64,000 bases of DNA, taken from an uncultured Candidatus Rokubacteria bacterium. GTDB taxonomy: Bacteria; Methylomirabilota; Methylomirabilia; Rokubacteriales; DASRDR01. Made by a program: the position numbers and the translations under genes. Of the stretch, positions 33,129 through 42,560 are shown one piece after another. The stretch spans positions 160,001 to 224,000 of the forward strand of contig CAWGVS010000012.1 in the NCBI GenBank assembly GCA_963826115.1, written 5' to 3'. Below the pieces are notes generated by a model. It was not told the origin of the DNA. It saw only the letters and a program-made list of their open reading frames with translations, and made no database searches. Every line of letters starts with the position of its first letter. Within the stretch, counting starts at the first letter, position 1.

Positions 33129-34916
33129 GGCCGCCCGTCCGGCGCACCCGGCGCGGGAGCCGCCTCCCGCCGCTCCTGCTGCTCGCCGTCGTCCTGTCGG
33201 CGTGGCAGCCCGCCGCCGGCCAGACGACGCCGCTCGACGAGGCGCGCGCCCTCGCCCGCCGGGGACGCCTGGAGGACGCCGCCGCCGTCTGCTCGCAGCG
33301 GCTCGCGGCGCACCCGGAGGACCTCGAGGTGCGCAAGGAGCGCGCGCGGCTCCTCGCCTGGCTCCATCGGCCCGACGAGGCGCTCGGGGACTACGAGCAC
33401 GTCCTGGCGGTGACGCCGCGCGACGCGGACGCCGCGCTGGCCCGCGCGCGCCTCCTCCTCCGGCTGGACCGGGTCGACGAGGCCGAGCGCGCCGTCCGGG
33501 ACACGCTGGCCGCGGAGCCCGGCCTCGCCGACGCCCACGTGGCGCTGGGCGGCATCCTCCTGCGCCGCGGGGAATCCGCGGCGGCGGCGGCCGAGTTCAC
33601 GCGGGCGCGCGAGCTCGCCCCGACCGACGCCGCGCCGCTCCTCGGCCTGGCTCGCGCGCGCGCGAGCGCGGGCGACGCGCCCGGCGCCATCGTCGCGCGC
33701 GCGCAGGCGCTCGCCGCCATCGACGGGCGTCTGTCACGGGACCCGTCGGACCGCGACGCCCGCGTCGCCCGCGCCCAGGTCCTCGCCGGGCTCGGGCGCG
33801 ACGACCAGGCGCTGGCGGAGTACGACCGTGTCCTCCGGTCGTCGCCGGGCGACGTGGAGGCGGTCCTCGGCCGGGTGCCCATCCTCCTGCGCCGCAACCG
33901 CCTCGACGACGCGACCGCGGCCGCGCGCCAGGCCGTCGCCCTCGATTCCAAGTCGGCCGACGCCTGGACGGCGCTCGGCGATGCGCTGACGCGGCAGCAG
34001 CAGCTCGACGAGGCCGCGCGCGCCTACACGGAGGCGCGGGCCCTCGCGCCGGGGGCCGTCGAGCCCGTGCTCGGGCTCGCCCGGATCCGGCAGCGCCAGT
34101 CGGACATCGCGGGGGCACGCGCGGGCTACCAGGAGGCGCTCCTGCTCGACCCGCGCAACCAGGACGCCGTCGACGCCCTGGGTCGCCTCGCCCGCGCCGA
34201 GGAGACGCTCCCGGTCCGGCGGTTCCGGCTCTACGTCACCGGCCGCTACGAGGCGCTCGAGGGGCGCAGCGACTGGATGCAGGAGACGGTGGTCCTCGCG
34301 GTGCGGCCCCGCCCCGGCACCTCGTTCTTCGTCGGCCTCGACCAGTACCACCGGAACGACCGTGACGACACGCAGCTCTCGATCGGCGCCGGCCAGGCGC
34401 TGCCCTGGAACCTTTCGCTCGCGGGCAGCTTCTCCTACGGCATCGACGCCGAGGTCATCGCGCAGGAGATCTACGAGGTCGAGGTCACCCGGCCGATCGC
34501 GCCGTGGATCACGCCCTCCCTGCGCTTCCGCTGGTCCGACTTCGTCGGCAGCACGTACGCCGCCTCCCTGGCCCCCGGGCTCGAGCTGACCTGGGAGAGC
34601 TACGTGGCCGTGCTGATGCGGTACTACTTCACGCACTCCTCGGACGCGGGGGACGGCCACGCGGGCTCGGTGCGGGTCTCCCTCTTCCCCGAGAACCAGT
34701 GGAGCGTGTACGGGTCCGTGGCGCTACGGGCGCGAGACGTTCATCGCGGACACCGCCGAGGAGGCGGTGCGCGGCCTCGACGTCCTGACCCTCGCGGCCG
34801 GGGTCGTCTGGCGCATCCGCGACAACTTCGGCGTCCGGCTCGACTACGAGTTCGAGGACCGGCGGGGGTCGTACACGAAGCATGGCGTCGGAGTCGGCGT
34901 CATCTTCGACTTCTAG
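33125..34916 (+). CDS. TPR-repeat protein with C-terminal YaiO-like outer-membrane beta-barrel; +1 frameshift near 34722
   Basis: Signal peptide, several TPR-like repeats (AxxxY...AL...P), then alternating beta-strand pattern ending GVGVIFDF-stop after frame correction. Confidence 0.72.
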
Positions 34917-34921
34917 CCGGG

Positions 34922-35990
34922 ATGCTCCCGGAGCCGGCCTACGCCCTGGTCCTGATCGTCGTGGCGTCCATGGGCGCCATCATCGGGCTGGTCTTCGTGC
35001 TGATGATCACGCAGCGCGTGCTCTCGTCGATCGTGAGCGGCTACGCGCGGCGGCGCGAGCGGGTGCTGACCCCGTGGCTCCTCCGGGCGCTCGAGGATCC
35101 CGACAGCCTCCCCCGGCTCCGCCGCGTGCTCCGCCCCTTCGACCGCCTCGTCGTCCGCACGGTGCTGCTCCGGCTCGCGCTCGATCTCCGCGGCGAGGAA
35201 TCGCGGGCCATCGCCGACCTCTACCGGGAGCTCGGTCTCCTCGACGACGAGCTCCGCGCGCTCTCGGCCTGGCGCGCCGGGCGGCGCGCCGCGGCGGCGG
35301 CCAACCTCGCGACCCTGCGCATGCCGCGCATCCAGCGCCAGCTCGTCCGCGCGCTCGACGATCCCGAGCGGCGGGTGCGGATCGCGCTGATCCGGGCGCT
35401 CGGGGAGATCGGCGACCGGCAGGCGCTGCTCGCCCTGATCCCCCGGCTCGGCGAGAGGAGCCCCACGGTCGTGCGGCAGGTGGAGCAGGTGATGGTGGAC
35501 CGCGGGCGCGAGGTGGTCACCGAGATCGTGGCCTATGCGGCCACGACCACGAAGCGGCGCGGGCGCCGGGCGGCCGATCGAGGTGCTCGGCCTCCTCCGC
35601 GCGCCGGGCGCGGCCGACCTCCTCCTCGAGCTCGTCCGCGATCCGGACCGCGAGCTGCGCATCCGGTCGGTCAAGGCCGCGGCCGCCATCGGGGACCCGC
35701 GCTTCCTCGACGCGTACCACGAGCTCCTGGCCGATCCGGTCTGGGAAGTCCGCTGCCAGGCCGCCAAGGGGCTCGGGACCCTGGGGAGCCCCACCTCCGT
35801 GACGCGCCTCCGCGCCGCGCTGGCGGACGACCACTGGTGGGTCCGCTTCTACGCGGCGGTGGCGCTCGCCGAGCTGGGCGGCCCGGGGCACGCCGCGCTG
35901 GAGGCCGCCACCGACGACGCCGAGCCCACGGTGCGCGACATGGCCCGGTACCTGGTGGCGCGCGGGTCGATGCTGCCGGTGCTGCCATGA
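34922..35990 (+). CDS. Membrane-anchored HEAT-repeat protein; +1 frameshift near 35575
   Basis: N-terminal TM helix, then LDDPERRVRIALIRALG, LADPVWEVRCQAAKGLG, LADDHWWVRFYAAVAL. Confidence 0.8.
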
Positions 35991-37410
35991 CGTGGCGGGG
36001 AACGGCCACGCTCCTCGTGATGATCTTCAACGACGCGGTACTGGTCTACTTCCTCGCCATCAGCCTCCAGTACCTCGCGCTGATGGTGATCGGGTTCTGG
36101 GAGACGCTCCGGGTCCTGCGCGAGGTCCAGTGGCAGGACGAGCGCCGGATGATGCAGTCGCCGTTCACCCCGCCCGTCTCCATCATCGCCACCGCCTACA
36201 ACGAGCAGGCGAACATCGTCGAGAGCATCCGCTCGCTCCTGACGCTCCACTACCCCCGGTTCGAGGTCATCGTCGTCAACGACGGGTCCACCGACCGGAC
36301 CCTCGAGATCCTGACCGAGAGCTTCGCGCTCCGGAAGGTCCCCCGCAGCTTCGAGTACCTCGTGCCGTGCAAGCCCATCCGCGGCGCGTACGAGTCGACC
36401 GTCTTCCCGAACCTGATCGTCGTGGACAAGGAGAACGGCGGCTGCAAGGCGGACGCGACGAACGGCGGGCTCAACTTCGCGATGTACCCCCTGGTCTGCG
36501 TGCTGGACGCCGACTCGGTCCTCGAGGACAACGCCCTCCTCCGGACCGTGCTTCCCTTCGTCCAGGATCCCGGGCGGACGGTGGGCACCGGGGGGGCCGT
36601 CCGCATCGTCAACGGCTGCGAGGTCCGCGGCGGACGCGTGCAGCGCGTCCAGCTGCCGTGGCGGCTCATCCCCTTGATCCAGGTCGTCGAGTACCTCCGG
36701 AGCTTCCTCTTCGGGCGCATGGGCTGGAGCCGGCTGAACGCGCTCGCCGATCATCTCCGGCGCCTTCGGCGTCTTCGACAAGCAGCTCATCCTGAAGGCG
36801 GGCGGGTACGCCGGGACCAGCATGGCCGAGGACTTCGAGATGGTCATCCGGCTGCACCGGTACATCGGCGATCACCGGCTGCCCTACCGCATGCGGTTCG
36901 TGCCGGACCCGATCTGCTGGACGGAGGTACCGGAGACCCTCCGGGTGCTCCGGCGCCAGCGCACGCCGGTGGCACCGGGGGCTCCTCGACACGCTGCTCC
37001 GCCACCGGAAGATGGTGGGCAACCCGTCCTACGGACCGGTCGGGCTCCTCTCCCTGCCGGCGTTCGTCGTGTTCGAGCTCCTCGGCCCGATCGTCGAGCT
37101 GCTCGGCTACGTGGTGGTCCCGATCTCGTACATGGTCGGGATGCTCAACACGCGACACATGCTCGCGTTCCTGGCGGTCGCGTTCCTCCTGAGCATGATG
37201 CTCTCGATCTTCGCGGTCCTCCTGGACGACATCACGTTCCGGCGCCACGCGCGGGCCCGCGACCTCGCCCTCCTCATCCTGGTCAGCATCGTCGAGAACA
37301 TCGGCTACCGGCAGATCACGGTCTGGTGGCGGGTGCGCTCGTTCTGGGAGTATTGGCGCGGGCAGACCGGGTGGGGTCAAATGGAGCGTCGCGGCCTGAG
37401 CAACGCGTGA
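35987..37410 (+). CDS. Processive GT2 glycosyltransferase (PgaC/IcaA-like); +1 frameshifts near 36745 and 36965
   Basis: AYNE, VVNDGSTD, KENGGCKADA, DADS, ISGAFG, MAED and QRTRW (QxxRW) after correction; C-terminal TM helices and WGQMERRG. Confidence 0.85.
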
Positions 37411-37428
37411 GCATGAGCGCATGACGTC

Positions 37429-39709
37429 ATGACGCCCCCCGCCAACGACGCCCTCGCCCGCGCCCGGCGCCAGCTGGAGGCGCTGGAGACCGCGACCCGC
37501 GCGCTCGGGAGCGCGAGCGACGTCGGGCCGGCCCTCGCCCGGATCGCCGCCGCGGCCGTCGACCTGGCGGGCGCGGACGTCGCCTACGTCACCGCCACGG
37601 ACCCGGGGAGCGCCGTGCCGCGCGTCCTCGCGCGCGCGGAATCCGAGGCCGCGGGGCGCCCGGGCGCCGACTCGCCGGCGGCGGCCTCGAGCGCCGTGTC
37701 CGGCGAGGTCAGCCTTCCCGTGGTGGTCGAGGCGGAGGTGGTGGGCCACCTGGTCGTCGCCTGGCCGCGGGGGCGGCCGGGCGGCGAGCTGGACATGGAG
37801 GCGCTCGGGCGGCTGGCCGGGCTCGCGGCGGTCGCGATCCGGCACCGGCGACTGGCGACCGCGCTGACGGGCGGGCGCGATCCGGCGACCCCGCGGGCCG
37901 AGGACCTGGTGCGCGTCGCCGGCCAGCTCCGCCGCATCGTGGACGCCGCCAAGGACGGCATCGTGACGACGGACGGCGGCGGGCTGATCGCGTCGGCCAA
38001 TCCCGCGGCCGAGGCGCTGTTCGGCTACCCCGCGGGCGCGCTCTACGGCCGGCCGGTGGCCGTCATCCTCCCGGGGCTCCAGCTCGGCGGGACCGCCGCC
38101 GCCCGGGGGGCGGCGGGAACCGAGGTCGAGGGCGTCCGCGAGGACGGCTCCCGGTTCCCCGCGGAGCTGTCGGTCAGCACCGTGGTCTCGGACGCCGGGC
38201 GGGCCTACGTCGTCATCGCCCGCGACGTGACGGAGCGGAAGGCCGTGGAGCGCATGAAGGACGAGTTCGTGGCGATGGTCTCGCACGAGCTCCGGACGCC
38301 CCTGACGGCGCTCCGCGGCCACGTCGAGCTGGTGCTGGACGGCGACGGCGGGCCCGTGACGGAGATGCAGCAGCGCTTCCTCCAGGTGGCGACCCAGAGC
38401 GCGGACCGCCTCGGGGCGCTCATCAACGACCTCCTCGACGTCGCCAAGATCGAGGCCGGCCGCGTGCAGCTCCGCAAGGAGCTGGTCGACCTCCGCGCGG
38501 TCCTCCAGGAGGTCTCGGGGACCTTCCGGATCGAGGCGACGCGCCACGGCCTCGACTATCCGGGAGGAGCTCGGCGAGCTGCCCGCCGTCGTCGGCGACC
38601 GGGACCGCCTCATCCAGGTGTTCGGGAACCTGGTCTCGAACGCCATCAAGTACACGCGCGCCGGCGCGGTCGGCGTGAGCGCCCGGCCGACCTACGGCGC
38701 GGTGGAGGTCGTGGTCCACGACACCGGAATCGGCATGACGCCGGACGAGCAGCGTCAGCTCTTCACCAAGTTCTTCCGGAGCCGCGACCGGTCGGGACGG
38801 GACCCCGGGGGCACCGGCCTCGGCCTGGTGATCGTGAAGGGTATCGTCGAAGGTCACGGCGGCACGCTCGCGGTGGAGAGCGCGCCGGGCGCGGGCACCC
38901 GCGTCCGCGTCACGCTGCCGGCCGTCGGCGGCCAGCCCGGCGCGGGCGTCGAGCAACGGCAGGAAGCGGCGACGGTGCTGGTCGTCGACGACGAGGTCGT
39001 CCTGCGCGATCTCCTCCTCGAGTACCTCCAGATGTGGAACTATGGCGCGGTGCCCGCCGCCAGTGGCGCCGAGGCGCTGGAGCTCGTCCAGCGCATCAAG
39101 CCCGATCTCATCATCCTGGACGTCGGGATGCTGCCGATGAGCGGGGTGGACGTCCTGCGGCAGCTCAAGAAGGATCCCGCGACCCGGGCGATCCCGGTGC
39201 TGCTGCACTCGGTGGCGGACGAGCCCGAGCAGATGCTGGCGCTCGGCGCGACCGACTTCCTCCGCAAGCCCGTCACCGGCGCGCGGCTCCGCGAGGCGAT
39301 CGTCCGCGCCCTCGACAAGTCGCCGGTCCCCCTGTTCGTGCTGGACGGCGACGACCTCCGGGGCAACCGGATCCGGCTGGTGCTGGAGGAGACCGGGCTC
39401 GACGTCGGGCCGGCCCGGACGCTGGCCGACGCGCTGGCCATCCCCGCGATGCCGGCGCCGATCGTCGTGCTCGGGCCGCGGCTCGCCGACGGGGACGCCG
39501 CCACGCTGGTCGTCCGGTGGAGCGCCGACCCGGCGTTCCGCGACGCCGCCGTGTTGCTCGTGGGACCCTGGCCGCCAGACGCCATCCCGACCGGGCCGGG
39601 CTGTCACGTCGAGCTCCTCCGCGGCCAGCGGGCCACCGATGCGTCCGGACGCGTCCGGACGCTGATCGCCGAGCGGCGCGGCGGGGACCGGAGCCGGGCG
39701 CGTGGCTAG
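37429..39709 (+). CDS. Hybrid sensor histidine kinase (GAF-like, PAS, HisKA, HATPase, REC); +1 frameshift near 38560
   Basis: ANPAAEALFGY (PAS), SHELRTPL, NLVSNAIKY, DTGIG, GTGLGL, VVDD...IILDVG...LRKP. Confidence 0.88.
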
Positions 39710-40070
39710 GATCCTGCTGGCGGAGGACGAGCAGCAGATCGGCGACATGGTCGCCTTCAAGCTCACCAACTCGGGGCACCACGTCGTTCGCGTAACCGAC
39801 GGCGAGGCGGCGCTCGCTGCCGCCGAGCAGGAGCGCCCTGACGTCATCATCCTCGACGTGATGATGCCGCTGGTGGACGGGTTCGCGGTGCTCGGGCGGC
39901 TCAAAGCGCATCCCGAGCTCCGCGCGATCCCCGTGATCATGCTGACCGCCCGCGGCCAGGAGCGGGACGTCCTCTCCGGGCTCCAGGCCGGCGCGGCCGA
40001 CTACATCGTGAAGCCCTTCAGCCTGAAGGAGCTGATCGCGCGCGTGGACGTCGCCCTCCGCGGCCGCTGA
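39702..40070 (+). CDS. Single-domain response regulator
   Basis: LAEDE, IILDVMMP, MLTA, YIVKPF; 122 aa with no output domain. Confidence 0.92.
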   Translation: MARILLAEDEQQIGDMVAFKLTNSGHHVVRVTDGEAALAAAEQERPDVIILDVMMPLVDGFAVLGRLKAHPELRAIPVIMLTARGQERDVLSGLQAGAADYIVKPFSLKELIARVDVALRGR

Positions 40071-40176
40071 GGCGGGCGGCGCCGCGGCCCGCCCCCTCGG
40101 CGCTGGACAGCCGCGGGCCCGTCTGGTAACGTGGCGAGCGCTTCAGGCGGTTCTCGCCGTCCAGTGGCGGCCCGGT

Positions 40177-40252
40177 GGACAGGTAGCTCAGTTGGTAGAG
40201 CACGGGACTGAAAATCCCGGTGTCGGGGGTTCAACTCCCTCCCTGTCCACCA
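40177..40252 (+). tRNA. tRNA-Phe (GAA)
   Basis: 76-nt cloverleaf: acceptor GGACAGG/CCTGTCC, D-arm GCTC/GAGC, anticodon loop CTGAAAA, T-loop TTCAACT, encoded CCA; TGGACA-17-TAACGT promoter-like motif at 40104-40132. Confidence 0.97.
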
Positions 40253-40412
40253 TTTTTCTTTGTCCAGATTCGACGGGCACTTCTGGAACGTACTCCTGGG
40301 CTCAGTCGCGCCGTCTACTCCCACGAGCTTTGACCGATTCTTTGCCCAGCGGGACGACGACGCGAGCGGCGATGCTCGCGGAGTCCGATCGAGGGCGCAA
40401 CACGGAGGGGGC

Positions 40413-40754
40413 GTGGAGACTACCAAGCCGAGCGGCACGAGCGAACTCGGGGGAGTAATCGCGCAGGGCAGGCTCGTCGAGTATCAGCCGGGCTCAGTCG
40501 TCAGTCGCACATTGGTCAAGAAGCCCGCGGGCACCGTCACGGCATTCGCATTCGACGCGGGCGAAGGGCTCAGCGAGCACACCGCGCCCTACGATGCGCT
40601 CGTGCTTGGGGTCGACGGCGAAGCGGAGATCTCGATCGCGGGCGTCGTCCATCGCGTGGCGATGGGTGAACTCCTCGCGCTCCCGGCTGGCCAGCCCCAC
40701 GCGGTCAGGGCGGCGACGCCGTTCAAGATGCTTCTGGTCATGATCCGGGCGTAA
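40413..40754 (+). CDS. Cupin domain protein
   Basis: FAFDAGEGLSEHTAP, LPAGQPHAV; GGAGG RBS before GTG 40413. Confidence 0.82.
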   Translation: METTKPSGTSELGGVIAQGRLVEYQPGSVVSRTLVKKPAGTVTAFAFDAGEGLSEHTAPYDALVLGVDGEAEISIAGVVHRVAMGELLALPAGQPHAVRAATPFKMLLVMIRA

Positions 40755-40836
40755 CGTGCGTCCTGGCGTTACGGCGTAGCTCGCGACACCGCTCGTGGTG
40801 AACACCGAGGCCACGGCGGTGCGCCCCACCGCCGTG

Positions 40837-41277
40837 CTAGAACAACGCGCCGGTCCGGAAGTCGACACCGACAATGACGAGGGCGACGGCGAGGGCGGTC
40901 ACGATGAGGATGTGGGCGGCCAGCAACCCCAGGTTGGAAGTGTCGAGCCGAGGGATCAGGCGCAGTCGAGCGTGCAGAGCCAGCGCCACTGTGAGCCCGA
41001 GCAAGAGCAGCTTCGTGCCGATGCGCACTTCGAGGTCGCTCCCGAACGCCAGCCAGCGGCCCACCGGGACGAATTGGCTAGCGAGCCAGATTCCGGTCAG
41101 CACCTGGACGATGAGCGCGGGGATCCCGATCTTCTCGAAAGGCGTTTCGAATGCGCGGAGGATGCGAGGATCGCGCCGGGCCAGCGCGGACGGGAGCACG
41201 GTGATCGCGAGCACCAGATGACCACCCGCCCATACACACGCTCCGAGGATATGCAGCGTCAGCAGCAGAGCGCGCAA
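40837..41277 (-). CDS. CopD-like small membrane protein
   Basis: LHILGACVWAGGHL, QVLTG, KLLL, four TM helices; start (TTG 41277) approximate. Confidence 0.65.
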   Translation of the reverse strand: MRALLLTLHILGACVWAGGHLVLAITVLPSALARRDPRILRAFETPFEKIGIPALIVQVLTGIWLASQFVPVGRWLAFGSDLEVRIGTKLLLLGLTVALALHARLRLIPRLDTSNLGLLAAHILIVTALAVALVIVGVDFRTGALF

Positions 41278-41484
41278 GACGTCACCAGGGAGGTGATGAG
41301 GACGGGCATTGGCGGATCGCGAACCCCACGACACGAGAGTCTCACGCAAGTACAAGAGAGCCAAGATTCATGCCCAGCGGCGAACCGCCGGAGAGAGTCA
41401 TAGCTGGGGCGGCGAAGATCTGCTGGCACGCCAACCGAGAGAGGCTCTGTCCTTTCGGCGCTCCCTCAGCTTACGGAAGGCACC

Positions 41485-42192
41485 ATGATATCCGTTGGAA
41501 TCCGGCGCCCGGAGCGTCAGCGTTCGACGCGGCCGGCGCGAGATGGCATCGCGCTCCAGCAGGTGCTGCTCGTCTCCGGCGTCATCTCTTCGGCCCTGTA
41601 CGTCGCGGCTGACCTGCTCTGTGCCGTGCGGTATCCCGGCTACAGCATCAGGGATCAGGTGATCAGCGAGCTGCCCGCGAGCGGCGCTCCCACGGCGCAG
41701 CTGTGGTCGAAGGCGATGATGATCTACGCGATTCTCGTGCTCGCTTTCTCGATGGGAGTGATCCGGAGAGCCTGCGACAACCGTCGACTGCGGACCACGG
41801 GCGCACTCGTGCTCCTCTTCATCCTTTCCGGTCCACTCTGGTCGCTCGTGCCCATGCATTCGCGCGGCACCGACATTACATGGCAGGACACGGGGCACCT
41901 GATCATGGGAGGCGTAACGATCGTCCTGCTGCTCTTGTTCATGGGCGCCGGCGCATTCGCGCTCGGCCGCCGGTTTCGGGTGTACTCACTCGCCTCGATG
42001 GCCGCGGTCCTCGTCGCCGGTCTGGGCACGTTCGCGTATGTGCCGCTCGTTGCAGCTGGGGCGCCGACACCATGGGTGGGCATGATGGAGCGCCTCATGA
42101 TCGACGCATACTTGGCGTGGATCGCGGTTCTCGCGATCGCGCTGCTGCGCCGCTCCCCAGACGCCGCATTACGCAAGGAGGTCGCCTCGTGA
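41485..42192 (+). CDS. DUF998 family membrane protein
   Basis: YPGYSIRDQVISEL, PMHSRG...DTGHL, GMMERL. Confidence 0.7.
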   Translation: MISVGIRRPERQRSTRPARDGIALQQVLLVSGVISSALYVAADLLCAVRYPGYSIRDQVISELPASGAPTAQLWSKAMMIYAILVLAFSMGVIRRACDNRRLRTTGALVLLFILSGPLWSLVPMHSRGTDITWQDTGHLIMGGVTIVLLLLFMGAGAFALGRRFRVYSLASMAAVLVAGLGTFAYVPLVAAGAPTPWVGMMERLMIDAYLAWIAVLAIALLRRSPDAALRKEVAS

Positions 42193-42241
42193 CGCGCACG
42201 GTCGCAGCGCCTCGCGTATCGATCGAGCTCTACGCTCGGAC

Positions 42242-42288
42242 GACTGAGAATCCCGGTGTCGGGGGCTCAACTCCCTCTCTGGCTACCA
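42242..42288 (+). repeat. Degenerate direct repeat of the tRNA-Phe 3' half (att-like site)
   Basis: 42 of 47 nt identical to 40206-40252, from the anticodon arm through CCA. Confidence 0.88.
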
Positions 42289-42339
42289 TTTCTTTCTCGC
42301 CACTTGCGGCCCCGGGAGCTCAACGGCCGCGCGCGGCGC

Positions 42340-42540
42340 CGGCGCGCCGGCGGGAGCGGCTGGTGCGCTACCTCGTGCGTGCGCCGCTGGCGCTCGACGG
42401 CTGACGAGAGCACGGGCAGGCGCCTCCTGTACCACTTCCGGCGTCCCTGGCACGATGGCTCCAGGGCGCTCCTCTTGGAGCCCCGGGAGTTGCTGGAGCG
42501 GCTCGCCGCCCTCGTGCCCCCACCCGGCCGGCCGCTGATA
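42340..42540 (+). mobile_element. IS91-family (Y2) transposase C-terminal remnant
   Basis: ERLVRYLVRAPLALDG, then in another frame LLYHFRRPWHDGSRALLLEPRELLERLAALVPPP; no start, frameshifted. Confidence 0.7.
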
Positions 42541-42560
42541 ATGAGGGCGCTCAGCGCCAG

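Noticed and set aside
31907-37192. 1761-aa ORF suggesting a giant hydrolase-TPR-HEAT-GT2 fusion
   Set aside because: It strings together the first parts of four genes; +1 insertions move each true C-terminus and stop into another frame. Internal signal peptide, start/stop overlaps and a barrel-terminal Phe show separate genes.
32640-38565. Programmed ribosomal frameshifting or phase-variable tracts at the frameshift sites
   Set aside because: No slippery heptamers or long homopolymers at any of the sites.
42215-42290. Possible second tRNA gene
   Set aside because: No 5' acceptor strand or D-arm; only the 3' 47 nt match, so it is an att-like fragment.
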